Shown: positions 1 to 17,770 of the stretch, piece by piece
How positions within the stretch are numbered: position 1 is the stretch's first letter
How the letters are laid out: every line of letters starts with the position of its first letter
Assembly: GCF_009914755.1 (NCBI RefSeq)
Contig: NC_060939.1
DNA: 64,000 nucleotides
Source: the human T2T-CHM13v2.0 reference genome, Homo sapiens
Direction: 5' to 3' (one strand)
Translations under genes and position numbers: made by a program
The notes under the pieces: model-generated
The model's input: the letters and a program-made list of their open reading frames with translations, nothing else
Told to the model about the DNA's origin: nothing
Databases searched by the model: none

Positions 1-182
1 AGCAGAAGTCCAGAGTGAAGGCATGCAGGAGAGGAAAATCACCTCCCAGCACAGTCCTTCCATGGTGTGGTCATATATTGAGTTCTGTACTTAGATGTCT
101 GTGAGATTGCCTATTGTATTCTTAATACAGATCCCTCTTAAGCCAGCCTAGAATAGGTTAAGATAAATGTAATGACTTGACT

Positions 183-319
183 TGGCTGGAGTGCAGCGGC
201 ATGATCATGGCTCACGGCAGCCTCAACTTCTGGGCTCAGGTGATCCTCCCACTTCAGCCTCCTGAGTAGCTGGGACTATGGGCATGAGCCACCATGCCTA
301 GCTAATTTTTTGTATTTTT
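183..319 (-). mobile_element. AluJ right arm (host Alu split by the NIFK retrocopy)
   Basis: AluJ right-arm sequence ending in the A-rich linker; the left arm resumes at 1629. Confidence 0.9.
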
Positions 320-1628
<1,309 letters not shown>

Positions 1629-1763
1629 AATTTTTTGTATTTTTAATACAAACAGGGTTTCGCCATGTTGCCCAGGCAGGTCTAGAACTCCTGGACTCGA
1701 GCGATCTGCCTGCCCTGACTCCCAAATTGCTGTGATTATAGGCGTGAGCCACCGCACTCAGCC
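1629..1763 (-). mobile_element. AluJ left arm (continuation of 183-319)
   Basis: Left-arm sequence starting at the duplicated linker. Confidence 0.9.
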
Positions 1764-1785
1764 TTGACTTTGAAATATATGTTGT

Positions 1786-2507
<722 letters not shown>

Positions 2508-3573
2508 GTCACTGGGGTTTTCTGGATAAAACGTCTGTTTCCATAAGAAAAAAAAAAAAAAAAAGAAAAGAAAAAAAGGGCGGAGACAGCATGTATTATT
2601 GTTTCAAAATCATAACCAGATGCTTAGAGTAAATAATTATATCTATTGTTTCAAAAACCAATCTAAGGATTATTAAAAGTTAGTTTTATTGGATTTTTTT
2701 TTAAGCTGCACTGATTCCCTCAGGTCTGTCACTTCCAAGTCCATGTTTTACTACTTTGTAACCCTATTTGGAAGGAAAACTGCAACTAAGACTATGATCT
2801 ATCCTGAGATGAAAAGTTTCACACATATACAGCACACACACCCCCCACCACAGTATGATGACACAGTGCCACCCTTAGGCAAAAGGGTACCACTGACAGC
2901 AAATGCATTTTTTTCTTTATTTCATCTAATTTTTTTTTCTTTATTTCTTCTAAAAGCAGCAAATGCATTTAACATTTTATTGAGATTCTCAACAGCTGCC
3001 ATTTGGTTTATATAGCAAATTGTTTCTAAAGTAACTTTTTTTCTCTTTTTGATATTTTTATGAAAATTATGTTCTTCAGTTTTAAAGCCCTGTCCCTCTC
3101 CCAAAGAAAGATTAATAACTACCTACTAAGTAATGAGTATTCGGGAAAATAACAAAAGCAAAAACAGCTTTTAAACACTTGTGAAACAAGGGTAAGGGCC
3201 CAAAGTCAAGACCTTCTGGGCCCATTGGAGGTGCTAGGCTTGCCTGGTGACACTATCAGCACTTCCCCATCCACAACATCCTCAACAGCTGGGAGCCCTG
3301 TGCGGACCCCGGTGTCGGGGGGCGGGGAGGGGGGCTTCCTGTTCCACAGGCTCCACTCTCTTTTTCCTCTCCACCACTGCTGTTGGGCCTCCCCTCCAAA
3401 TCTGCCTAACAAAGGCAGCAGGATCTTTAATACTGTTCAGCTTTGTAAATGAAGACAGGATACTCTAGAAAGTTGGGAGATTCCCTGGTCCAGTCTGGGA
3501 GAGGAAAAAATATGCAATGTAGCATGGATGGTTTCACTTTCTTGTCCACTCAGCCACATGCTCATACTTATTA

Positions 3574-3987
<414 letters not shown>

Positions 3988-4135
3988 CTAGTTCTGATAA
4001 GTAGTTACTTTGACATATACGGCAGCTTCGCCTGTAAGTCCTGTGTTCTGAGGGTTTCATTTAGGCCACAGGAAGTTGGAATCCAAGTTTCAAAGGCTCT
4101 CTGCTGACAAAATGTGCTATTTCCATCAATGGTCT

Positions 4136-4330
4136 TCTACTCAGTAATGAAAGGAACAAACTACCAAAACATGTCGTGTCATGGATCAACCTCAAAAACA
4201 TTAGCTAAGTAAAAAAGCCAGACACGAGACCACATATTGTATAATTCCGTTGATTTGAAATGTCCAGAAAAGACAAATTTATAGAGACAGAAATGGGCTG
4301 ATTTACCTCAAGAGGCAGGGATTCCGGCTC
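4136..4330 (+). mobile_element. Old L1M 3' fragment
   Basis: catggatcaacctcaaaaacatt...aagccagacac...tgaaatgtccagaaaagacaaat motifs. Confidence 0.7.
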
Positions 4331-4444
4331 TCTAGACTGCATGTGATACATACATGAGAAAAAATAGGGAAAATAAAAAAATTTAAATATAAATAAATGA
4401 AAATAATACTTCTCCCTGATCATAAAGAAAATCACATTCTTAGA

Positions 4445-4748
<304 letters not shown>

Positions 4749-5446
4749 TCACATTGTTTTGTAATAATTTGGAAGACAAAATATGAAGAAAAGTCTAATT
4801 TTGCCACTCAAAACATTCTGATTTGTTGCTTTTTATACTTTTTTATGCATATAAACATTTTTAAAAGTAGAATCATAACATATAGTCTTTTGTCACTATG
4901 TTTTGGGCAGTAAATTTCTATGGCAGTAAATATATCCTTGGCATCATCATTTTTAATAGTTGGATGTATATTAAGTTAATCATTGTCACCCTAGAAGTAA
5001 ATTTTCTTATATATACATTTTAATGGACTCGAGCAAGCATTTTTGGACTGAATTTATAGAAGTAGAATTTCTGGAGGACAATAACATAAAACAGTTCTAG
5101 TGTTTTTAATAAAAATTTTCAAATTATACTGCAGGAAAATTGGTTCAGTTTATACTCCCACCAACAGAGACAGAGCTCCAGTTTCCCCCTTCCATTTGTC
5201 CTCTTTGCTAGTCTTTAAGCAGAAAATCTCATTGTTTTCATTACATTTCTTTAGCTTCTAGTGCTTTTGAATCTTTTTTACATGCTTATTGGCCATTTTT
5301 ATTCCTGTGGGAAGTGTCTGTTTCTCCATTGTCTATTTTCTGGCCAAACTCCAAAGTCATATTTCACTTAATTTTTATCCTGCTGATTGAAAGCATTTTA
5401 ACTTAGTGATTTTAATGTAAACAGGAACAGGACAGACTGTAATTGT

Positions 5447-5723
5447 CTAAGTCTTGCCCTGTCACCCAGGCTGGAGTACAGTGGCATGATCATAGCTACC
5501 GCAGCCTCGAACTCCTGGGCTCAAGCGATTTTCCTACATCAGCCTCCCAAGTAGATAGGACTACAGGTGTGTGCCACCACACCCAGCTAATTTTTAAAAT
5601 TTTTTGTAGAGTTGTGAATTCGCTATGCTGCCCAGGCTGGTCTTGAACTCCTGACTTCAAGTAATCCTCCCACCTTGGCTTGCCAATGTGCTGGGATTAC
5701 GGCATGAACTAGTGCTCCCAGCC
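5447..5723 (-). mobile_element. AluJ
   Basis: Diverged Alu body. Confidence 0.85.
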
Positions 5724-6453
5724 AAGAGCTCACTTTTGTTTGCTAGTGGTGTTCTTGGTATCCTTTCATATTTGAGGCTTTGGTGCTAGTGCTGAAGTAT
5801 TACACTCACCATCCGAGGTTTACAGGACTTTTGTTTTAATATTGAACAGATGGAACTGTTCAGTTCTGCATCTTTGCAGGTATACAAAATGTGCCTATCA
5901 GGAGTCTGCTTTATATTCATTGAAAGCAAGAAGTAATACAGTAAAATTTTGCCTGGCTGGAGGATTTGAAAGAATGGCATATTCTGGTTTAATTCTATTA
6001 ACTTGGAAGTATGACAGTGAAAAAAAATCAAAACTTAAATTTCCTGTTGAATGCAATTTGAAAATATAGCCAATGATTCCACTTTTCTTCTCTAGTAAGG
6101 TTGGACATTCTGATCTACTTGGTGTTTTATTATAGAACTCCTAGTGTGCCTGAGAGTTACATTGTAAAGATACTTTTTTAAAACTTGAGATATAAGAGGA
6201 TGTAAATGGTTTTGTATGAGATCAGGCTGGATGAGAACTGACACTTGTAAATATACATTTTAGACTAAATCTCTGATTGCCACTTATTTTCTTATTGAAC
6301 TCATAAAAATAAAACACATTGGATGGAGGGTGGGAGTAGAAAGGAGATTCATGTGTCTTAATTGCATGTCATTGTTTCATATCAAGACAGAACATATAGT
6401 ATCCCTGGCTTTGGACCTAGAGAAGGAAACACATTTTTCTACCTGCTGTATGC

Positions 6454-6622
6454 CAGAGGTTCTTGAACACCCTGAGGGATGACTGCAGCACAGATTGCTG
6501 AGCCCTAAGCCAGAGTTTCTGATGCACCAGGTCCAGGGTGGGGCCTGATAATTTGCACTTATAAAAAGTTCTCAGGTGCTGCTGGTGCTGCTAGTCCAGA
6601 GACTACATTACTGAGAACCACT
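6454..6622. mobile_element. MER5A-like hAT-Charlie element
   Basis: cagaggttct...gagtttctgat...tgagaaccact termini and motifs. Confidence 0.7.
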
Positions 6623-6933
6623 CTTGTCTATTAACTGTAAATTGTAGAACTCTAGAAAAAAGCTTAGTTTGGTCTGGGATAAGAAGCACACAGGTTATGG
6701 AGAAAATCATGAAACATTCAACCCTTGATCCCAGCCTAGTGTGGAATTCAGGTAACAAGCAGTACACAGTGACATAACACAATTCTTGGTTTTCATGATT
6801 GCAAGTCATAGCTAAGCATCAAGTGAGAAATTCAGTTTCATTTGCAAGGCTTAGAGAAGCCAGGTGATTCTAGAAAAATGGGCCTTGTATTTGTTTTAAA
6901 CCAGTAAAGAGCTTTAAGTGCTTATTATATTGA

Positions 6934-7314
<381 letters not shown>

Positions 7315-7669
7315 TAATAATGTAGGAGAATAAAAGAAACGTTTTTCCAAAAAAAGAGAAATCATTGTGATTATTTTATCTTATTGGAATGTTGGATACT
7401 ATAGCCTGCTTCATTAATCATCAAGCATGCTATGGATTTTCCATTTTTATAGGATCTGTATCTCAGTTAAGGTAATACTGGTAATTATTGTACTCCATTT
7501 GAAGATGAAAAATATAGGCCAAAATTATAGACCTTGCATAGAAGCTGGATAATGGAGACAGCTCTGGAGGAACACGTAGATACACACACACAGACACACA
7601 TATATATAAAGAATACACACATACATTTTTTAAAGTTTATTTTTTACAGTTTTAAAGGTTTTAAAGCAA

Positions 7670-7961
7670 AAGCCGGCCCCTCCCCTCTGAGTGGGCGGCC
7701 CCTCCCTCTCTCTGAGTGGTCGGGTACAGCGGTTGCATGGGCAGCTTTCCTTGTGAACCACAGGTCCTTCTGGACACGGTGCTACCTGGCCACGCCTCCT
7801 TTCCCTTTCATATTTCTCATTGACCAATGGGCTTGGAGCATTAAGGCCACGCCCCTATTCTGCATTCTAGTGGGGCCCTGGTTATGCCTCTTCTGGCTCA
7901 GTTGCACAGCTGCCTGGTAGGTGACTGGAGGCATTCATCAGTGCTCACTGGGATTTCACTG
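7670..7961 (+). promoter_or_regulatory. Golgin-duplicon promoter remnant
   Basis: GC/KLF boxes (gtgggcggcc, ggccacgcccc) and CCAAT (gaccaatgg) directly upstream of exon 1. Confidence 0.55.
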
Positions 7962-8044
7962 ATGTGGCCCAACCCCGCCTCCCTCCACACCCCATGATGT
8001 CAGAAAAAACACGACAGGGCAAATGGGCCGCAGCCAGGAAAAAG
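7962..8044 (+). pseudogene. Golgin pseudo-exon 1
   Basis: MWP-(frameshift)-QPRLPPHPMMSEKTRQGKWAAARKK then gtaaaa donor. Confidence 0.88.
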
Positions 8045-8400
8045 GTAAAACGCACCAGGTCATGGCCCCCAACCCAGCCACAGATCCCCTCTGACAACAA
8101 GACCGTTGCCGGAGTCCATACCACCCCTGAGGCACACTGGACTGGGCCCCCCAACCCCAGCCCTCCTCCCTAGCCCGCCAGGCCTTTGTTTCCCCACCTG
8201 TAAAATGGGGCAGTGTAGCCCTCACATGAAATGGTACTTCTAAGGCACCTGTGAGCCGGAGCCCTGCTCTGATGGCTGTGGGAGAGAGGGGATGATTTTT
8301 CTAACCTCCCTCCACCCTTCCCAGTGCTATGGGAGGCAGACACCAAGTTCTGGGGTCTCCAGTTGCAGCGGGTGGCTGCTGATTGCTTCTCTCTGTCCAG

Positions 8401-8478
8401 AACGAGAACAAGAGCGCACTGCAGTTGGAGCAGCAAGTAAAGGAGCTGCAGGAGAAGCTGGGCTAGCTGAAGGGGACG
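8401..8478 (+). pseudogene. Golgin pseudo-exon
   Basis: ccag|NENKSALQLEQQVKELQEKLG*LKGT|gtaacc. Confidence 0.85.
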
Positions 8479-8745
8479 GTAACCTCCGACCCGTCCAAGA
8501 AGGTCTGGGAGGCGGGCACCAGCCTCTGGGGAGGGGAGGTGCCAGGCCAGAGGCAGCTGCAGCCTGGGGGCAGGTGACCCCAGCACCCTCCAGGGCAGTC
8601 CTATGACTGTTTCTTGCTTCCTGCCCTCTGACTTTTAGAGGTGGGTAGCCCTGGCTCCTCCCAGGTCTGGACATCATCATCCCAGCTAGAGGCATGGAGC
8701 CCTCCAATCACAGAGGAAGAGACAGTGGCATAAGAGGCTCCTTAT

Positions 8746-9270
<525 letters not shown>

Positions 9271-9516
9271 GGCTCCCTCTGCTTTTCCACCAGTCTGTGG
9301 CCTACAGTTTAAATGGCTGGAAGAAGAACGTGAGATTTGAGGCTGGGGAAGGAGGCATGGGGTTCTAGGCAAGGGAGGCAGTCTCTTAGGCCTGGAGCAA
9401 GGGGCCAGGGGCCTGGGCAGGCCACAGAGCCCCACAGTGCCCTCACTACCCTATTAATGGGCCAGGAATCTGGAAGCCAGCCACCAGCTGCCCTCATGCC
9501 CAGGGACTTCCAGCAG

Positions 9517-9763
9517 GTGGAGCTGAAGAGCCAAGAGGCTCAGAGTCTGCAGCAGCAGCGAGGCCAGTACCTGGGTCACCTGAAGCAGTACGTGGCCACT
9601 TATCAGCAGCAGGTGGCAGCCTATCAGCAGCTGACCTCTGAGAAGGAGGCGCTGCACAGGCAGTTACTGCTGCAGACCCGGCTCATTGGACCAGCTGCAG
9701 CAGCAGGAAGCTCAGGGCAAAGCAGTGGCTAAGATGGCCCGCCAAAAGTTGCAGGAGACCCAG
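9517..9763 (+). pseudogene. Golgin pseudo-exon
   Basis: [22 protein letters not shown]...(frameshift)...[25 protein letters not shown]; donor mutated. Confidence 0.88.
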
Positions 9764-9847
9764 GGGAGGGAGTTGCTGAGGACGGGGCCCCAAGAGGGAC
9801 AACCTGGCAACCTCTGTGCCTTCTCACCCTCTTTCCTGGCATCTCAG

Positions 9848-9923
9848 GAGCACCTGGAAGCTACCAGCCAGCAGAACCAGCAACTACAGGCCCAGTTGAG
9901 CCTCATGGCTCTCCCTGGGGAAG
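9848..9923 (+). pseudogene. Golgin pseudo-exon
   Basis: ag|[25 protein letters not shown]|gtacgg. Confidence 0.88.
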
Positions 9924-10352
9924 GTACGGGACACCACTCAGAGGAAGAGGAGAGAGCCCCAGGAGGAAAGGGGGACTGTTAGCACTGTAGGATTGAGGAG
10001 ATGGAAGAGACCTTTAAGACAGCTGGCCATTATGCTGACTGGGTGTCTGCACTAAGTTTGGCATCAATATGGTGACCTCCTGGGAGCGGGGGACCACCAG
10101 GTTGCCTAAGGATGGGAGAACTGGCCCAGGTCAGAAATGGAGCAGGTCAGAATTCCTGCACCAATCGGTAGTGGGACTGTGCCTGGGCAATATAGCAAGA
10201 TCTTGGTTCTTAAAAGTAAAAATAAAGAACAGCTCATTCCCCTCTGGGGAGGGGCTGGCTCAAGGTTACACAGTGAGTGTGGGGGCAGAGGTGAGCCCAC
10301 AGTACCTCCCTTGTTGGGTTGTCTGAGGACCCCTCTGGCCACCCCCCCACAG

Positions 10353-10421
10353 GAGATGGAGGAGGAGGCGCCTCAGCCCATGCCGAACATCCCAGGGGAC
10401 CTGGAGAGCCGGGAGACGGTG
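10353..10421 (+). pseudogene. Golgin pseudo-exon
   Basis: EEEAPQPMPNIPGDLESRETV|gtgagc. Confidence 0.85.
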
Positions 10422-10676
10422 GTGAGCCTGACTTGCCCTGCCCCCACTTTGCCACCTTCCTCTGTGGTCCCTCCGAAACCCCCTTATGTTCTTGGTTTCC
10501 CCGCCTTCTGATTTCTGTGGACTTTCACTCCTTCCGGGAGCCAGTGATCAGACACCATTTCACCTGTGACCAACAGGTGCACTCTCTGAGGCCCCAAGGG
10601 AAGGGGCTGCGCTCCACCTCCCTGCCCCAGTTGTTCTGTGTATGCCCCTACAAGAACACTCACCTCTTGCCTTCAG

Positions 10677-10865
10677 GTGGCATTTTTCAACTCCGCTGGA
10701 ACCAGTGCCCAGGAGGAGCAAAGGATGTGCTGCCAGCCCCTGGCTCACCCAGTGGCCTCGTCCCAGAAGAAGCCAGAAGCAGCAGCCCCAGCCCCAGGGA
10801 CTGGGGGTGAGTCTGTGTGTGGGGGGACCCACCGGGCCCTGCAGGGGGCCAAGGAGAAGTTGTAG
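10677..10865 (+). pseudogene. Golgin pseudo-exon
   Basis: VAFFNSAGTSAQEEQ...PEAAAPAPGTGGESVCGGTHRALQGAKEKL*. Confidence 0.88.
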
Positions 10866-10953
10866 ATGAGTAGGTCCTGGCATAGGCCAAGAAGGGTGGG
10901 GGTGGGGCAAGGCAGGTGGCTCCTGAGACGTGATCCCATTATTTTGGCTCCAG

Positions 10954-11056
10954 AGCGACTTTATGGACCTCCTGAAGGAGAAGGTGGACCTGAGGGAGTG
11001 GGTGGAGAAACTAAAGCTTCAATTCATCCACCTCTCGGGAAAGACAGACACCATGA
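10954..11056 (+). pseudogene. Golgin pseudo-exon
   Basis: SDFMDLLKEKVDLREWVEKL...SGKTDTM|gtgagc. Confidence 0.85.
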
Positions 11057-11138
11057 GTGAGCGGGAGGCCAGGGCACGGCAGGGGGAGCTGCAGGGCCGT
11101 CGGAGGGGCTCCAGCATCTGAGCCATGTCCTCCCGCAG

Positions 11139-11242
11139 GAAAGTACATCACCCCATATGGGAGCCAGGGGACAGTGCCAAAGATGCGGCACCGGGAGGAG
11201 GAGGAGATCGTCAGGCTGGCCCAGGACCGGGAGGAGATGAAG
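11139..11242 (+). pseudogene. Golgin pseudo-exon
   Basis: [10 protein letters not shown]...[10 protein letters not shown]|gtaggg. Confidence 0.85.
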
Positions 11243-11331
11243 GTAGGGTGTGCAACATCTCTGTGGGGGCGGGGGTGGGGGTGAACGTGGGTGCCGGCAC
11301 CAGTATGGCAGCTGAGCACCCCTCCCTCCAG

Positions 11332-11488
11332 GTGAACCTGCTGGAGATGCAGGGGCAGGTGTTGCGGCTTGTGAGAGACCACAATGAGGGACATGGCAAG
11401 TTCCTGGCCACTGCCCAGAACCCTGCTGATGAGCCCACTCTAGGAGCCCCAGCCCCCCAAGAGCTTGTGTGTGCTGACAAGCAGGATG
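11332..11488 (+). pseudogene. Golgin pseudo-exon
   Basis: [45 protein letters not shown]. Confidence 0.88.
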
Positions 11489-11574
11489 GCCAGTAGAACC
11501 TTCAGGCAGGGTGAGCAGGCAGGAGCAGGGGAGGCTCGCATGGCGCTCCGATCCCCTCCTCCCTCTCTCCGAAG

Positions 11575-11788
11575 ATCTTTGTGAGGTGAGCCTCACTGAC
11601 AGCGTGGAGCCCGCACCAGGAGAGGCCAGGGAGGGTTCTCCCCACGACAACCCCACTGCACAGCAGATCATGCAGCTGCTTCCTGTAACGCAGGACTCCC
11701 CAGGAGCACCCAGGCTTGGGCAGCAATCTCTGCATGCCTTTCTTTTCGAGCTGCCGAGAACAGGGAGATAAACACCACCATCATCTAA
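11575..11788 (+). pseudogene. Golgin last coding pseudo-exon
   Basis: LCEVSLTDSVEPAPGEAREGSPHDNPTAQQIMQLL...RAAENREINTTII*. Confidence 0.88.
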
Positions 11789-13649
11789 GAGCTGGTCAAG
11801 AAATTAAAAAAAAAAAAAAGTTAAGGGGTTAATCTCCTACACAATTCATTTACTTCATTTGAATGTTAGAGCCACTCATGTTTATTTGTGTTTCTAATTT
11901 ATAGTTTAAATTTTATTTGTAAAAAGTTAAAGGAGAGTGGGTCTTTTCCTCATGTTCACTCTGGCATCCTTTAGCATGTTTCTTTTTTAATTTGATAATT
12001 GTAGGTCATTAGCATGCATATCAAGTTTGCCCTTATGTGGTGGGTGTTCAAACACACAAAGACCCACTATTTGCACAAAACTATTCTTCCTGGTTTGGGA
12101 TAGGCTGCCATGCTTTTTTAATGTTATTGCAGCATGTATATTTATTATGGAATTCAGATAAAATTTGCTTATGTTCTGCTATTATGTTTGATCGAATCCT
12201 AATCACAGTGAGCTCTTCATCAGCTCAATATGTGGTTTGCCCTGAAGTGCGCGGTCTATTACTTTGTAATATGCCACTGTGAGTACTGACATTTACAGTT
12301 GCTTAAAGGCGGAGCACTGGAAACAGCCTTTCCCCCTTTTTCTGTGTATTGGGGATGGGAGTAATAACATTTTGGGGAGCTTTTTAAATCTCCCAGAAGA
12401 GGAAAGTGGCCTGCTCTGGCAGGTATGTGCAGGATAGAGTGTGTTTTATTTGTTTTGGTGCCAAGAATGAGCACTGTACTATGGTAGTTCCCTTAGGATT
12501 TGTATGTGTTCTGGGCTTATGAAGATATTGCATCATGAGCTGTGGCAGTTGTACTCTTTTTTGATGACCTAAAAAGGGCTTATTTCTGAGGAATGAAAGG
12601 CTCCCATCGTTGATTGTGGATGTGGAAAACCTTTCCTAGCTTAGAGCATTTATATCTATAACACATTTTAAAGTCAGAGTTCATGGTCCCTGTTTTAATC
12701 ACGTGACTACATGTCCCAGTACACAAAAGGGCACTGGTTGGCATTCTTCTTAATGTATTTAGTAAAGATCATAAGAAATCCTTTAAGAGTTTAGATGTCC
12801 CTGAAACAGGCATACAGGCTCTAGTCAGGAATGAATTCGAGTGAAGGAAAGCTATGTGACACCTGGCATTCCTCTCTGTTCACGGAGCTTCTCTGAGGCT
12901 AGAAGATTAATTTTACCATCTAGACCTCTCTGGCTCATACCTATTCTTCAACCACATTGGCTACTTTGACATAGGAAATTACTTCTTTTCCTTGAATGGA
13001 GAACACTTTAAAAATAATATTATAAATGAATATATGTGAGAGTACTTGGTTGAAAGAAAAAGGAGTTTTAGTAGACAGTATTATTCTATATTTGAAAATC
13101 AAGGAGAAGTTTATGCGACTTAAAATGTTTACAAACTGCAGTGCAATCTACTGTTTGTGAATGTCAAAGTCTTATCAGGAAAAGTGTCTGTACAATCACA
13201 GAGTCCTACTTCCTCCGAAAGTTCTTTACGAAGAGTGAAATATGTTTTTGTACCTTTCAGTTTCAGTTAGAGGCATATTTTGTGCAATATTTATGTGAAT
13301 GCGCCTATATATTATGAATGAATTATTTCAGTCATATGTTGCCTAAATCATAACTTGATGATGCTTGGGAAAGAATCAACAGTTAAAACCTCATGAAGTT
13401 CTAATGTCTGTATTCCAAAATACATCACATTATTAGGATGTAGGGAGAGATGTATGTGCGCTCCCTGGTGTGGGGATTTGTAGTTACTAGACCGTCTCCA
13501 TTTGGCATCCTCATGATACTTTTATAAATATGACATTAATAGGAAAGCAGTATTATTTTTCAGACAAAATAACTGATTTGCCTGGATTCACGGAAAAAAA
13601 TGCAAATATTGGGTCCTTGTGACTTCAACTGACTCTTCCAAATTGTATG

Positions 13650-13957
13650 AATTTATTAATGTATTAGATAAACCTAGTTTCAGAATGATAAACTGTTAGA
13701 CCAAATAATGTGGCTAATTAACAGTGGTACGATTTCTAGCCCGAGGGTTTAAAATGGACTTAAGGTCCTGTTGTTGCCTTTTATTTTCTGAACTTGCTGC
13801 TTTTGCATTCTTTGAGTTCAGTTTAAAGACAGTTACTTTAAGTCCATTTTAAACCCTCGGGCTAGAAATCGTACCACTGTCAATTAGCCACATTATTTGG
13901 TCTAACAGTTTTTCTTTATCATTCTGAAACTGGGTTTATCTGATACATTGATAAATT
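13650..13957. repeat. Long inverted repeat (arms 13650-13763 and 13838-13957)
   Basis: Arms are reverse complements apart from 4 substitutions and a 6-nt indel; 74-nt spacer. Confidence 0.95.
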
Positions 13958-15064
13958 ATTTCAAAGGTATTTTAATAGTTCAAATCACTTCACTTTTACA
14001 TTGATAAATGTAAATGACTAGGAATGACCTTCGGATAGCGTTTAGCATCTGTAATCAATCTGACAATAATGTGTTCATCAGGTACCTCTGGATTAACTCA
14101 CATACCGGCATACTTAAGCTGAATGTCTGTCTGGAAATAAATTTACTATATTAACTGAGATACTACTTTTTGTGTAGGTATTTTTGTCATATATTTAAGA
14201 AAAAGCTAACAAGGATGGAAATCATATTATAATAACTTAAGTCTTTCTTCAAAGGGCATGCAGTCTTTTGCAATACCTCATTCAGCCAGATATTTGTTCT
14301 CTTTCTCATTCAGTATAAGACAGCTTTCAATTTGCTTAGCAGGCAACATTAGAAGGTTAGAGTTCATGGAAACATAGAATTTTAAAATGTGAGTTCAACC
14401 GAATAAATTTGAATTTCTGTAGGAGGTAAAGAATCAAAATACTTGTTTATTTAAAGGTTGCAGTATATGATAATCATTTTGAAGTATTTGATTAATACTA
14501 ATAGGTTTTCCAGAACTGAAAAACTAATGTTAAAACCAAAGCTGATTTCTAGAAAATTTGAAAATGTAAATCAGCCTTATCCAGAATATAGTTTCTCTAA
14601 AACTTTCTTAGTCATTTTACAATAGTATAACTATTAAAAAATGTAACTGCTATTTTAATGTTTTGAAATAAATTAAAACATTTTAAAATATGAATACTGT
14701 AGCTTAAAAGAAAGAAACTAGGGGAAGGAAAAGTAAAGAAAGAAATGCCAATTCCAGTCCAAAACTTTATTTGCCAAGTTTTCTTATAATGACTTACCAA
14801 TTTAGGAATTCTTGTAAACAGAATCTATAATGGAAATACTGAAAGACTTTTGCCTAAAGTGGCATTATTGAATACTGCTGTGATGCTACTGTATGTAATA
14901 AATTATTGTTGCAAAGTGCTGTTTTTGCCTTAAATTTTTATTTTGTGTGTCTTGAAAACTATAGTATTAAAGGTATTGAGATTGTGCAAATGCCAGGCAT
15001 GCTTGGCATGAAATAGTGTTTTTATTTTTACAAAATTGTAATATGACTATGCAAGCATTTAACT

Positions 15065-15366
<302 letters not shown>

Positions 15367-15396
15367 TGCAAGTGTTTACCAAAAGAACACATACTG

Positions 15397-16997
<1,601 letters not shown>

Positions 16998-17397
16998 GCC
17001 TGGTGTGTTCCTGCTTCCCCCACTGGGTCCTGGAGTTTGTGCCACTGAACGAGGAGCCCCAGAGTGTCCGAGCATGTCCAGCTGGTCTGTTGGGGACCTT
17101 CCAGACCTGTTACCTGTATGCTGCCTGGTGACGCGTGGGGGAGTCCACAGGGACTGCCATGGCGCCTACGGGGCACAGTCCGGCCCTGACGGCCAACAGG
17201 CTCAGAAGCCTGATCTAGCGGTGGCCGGGAAGGCAGGATGCCAGCACCCACGGGCACTGACTTCCATGCACCCCAGGCATCTTCCTTTCCGCCCCACTGC
17301 CTCCCTCGCCTGTCTGCACCTGGTGGCCTGTTCGACATGTCTGTCCCTCCAGAGTGCCGGCTGCCCCTCAGGCTCCTTCCGGGCTGAGTTCATGGCC

Positions 17398-17414
17398 CTG
17401 CCCCCTAGTGGCCA
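17398..17414 (-). promoter_or_regulatory. Candidate CTCF site
   Basis: Minus strand tggccactagggggcag, close to the CTCF core consensus. Confidence 0.6.
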
Positions 17415-17574
17415 GAGCAGGCTTCACAGGATGAGAGCCAGCTAAGCTCCAGGGGCTTTCCAGGAAAAGTGTTCCTTGGAAAGGATGTGGCCTTTTCACC
17501 GCTCCCAGTACCCTAGTAATGGCTTGGCCTTACCCCTCCCCTGAGCTCCAAAGACAACACAGAGAGCAGAGGAC

Positions 17575-17770
17575 ACATTCCGCGTCATCCAGAAATGGGT
17601 TTGCTTGTCAGCCAAGGGAGAGCAGGACTGGTAGAGACTGTCAGGCCACACGGCACCCCCCATTCTTGGCAGGGGGTGGGAGGGATGGTGGGGCTGGCTG
17701 TCCACAGGCCGGGCATGACAGGGAGGCCCACTGGAGGTGGCGCACTTTGGAGGGGGGATGTTGGGGAACA
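17575..17770 (-). pseudogene. DNM1: DNM1 3'UTR terminal fragment (DNM1P-type)
   Basis: Minus strand tgtggcctgacagtctctaccagtcctgct...aaacccatttctggatga matches the recalled DNM1 3' end. DNM1 and GOLGA2 are tail-to-tail at the ancestral locus. Confidence 0.65.

Noticed and set aside
13693-13910. Annotating the hairpin as a microRNA gene
   Set aside because: The stem and loop are much larger than a typical pre-miRNA and there is no expression evidence. Reported only as a structure.
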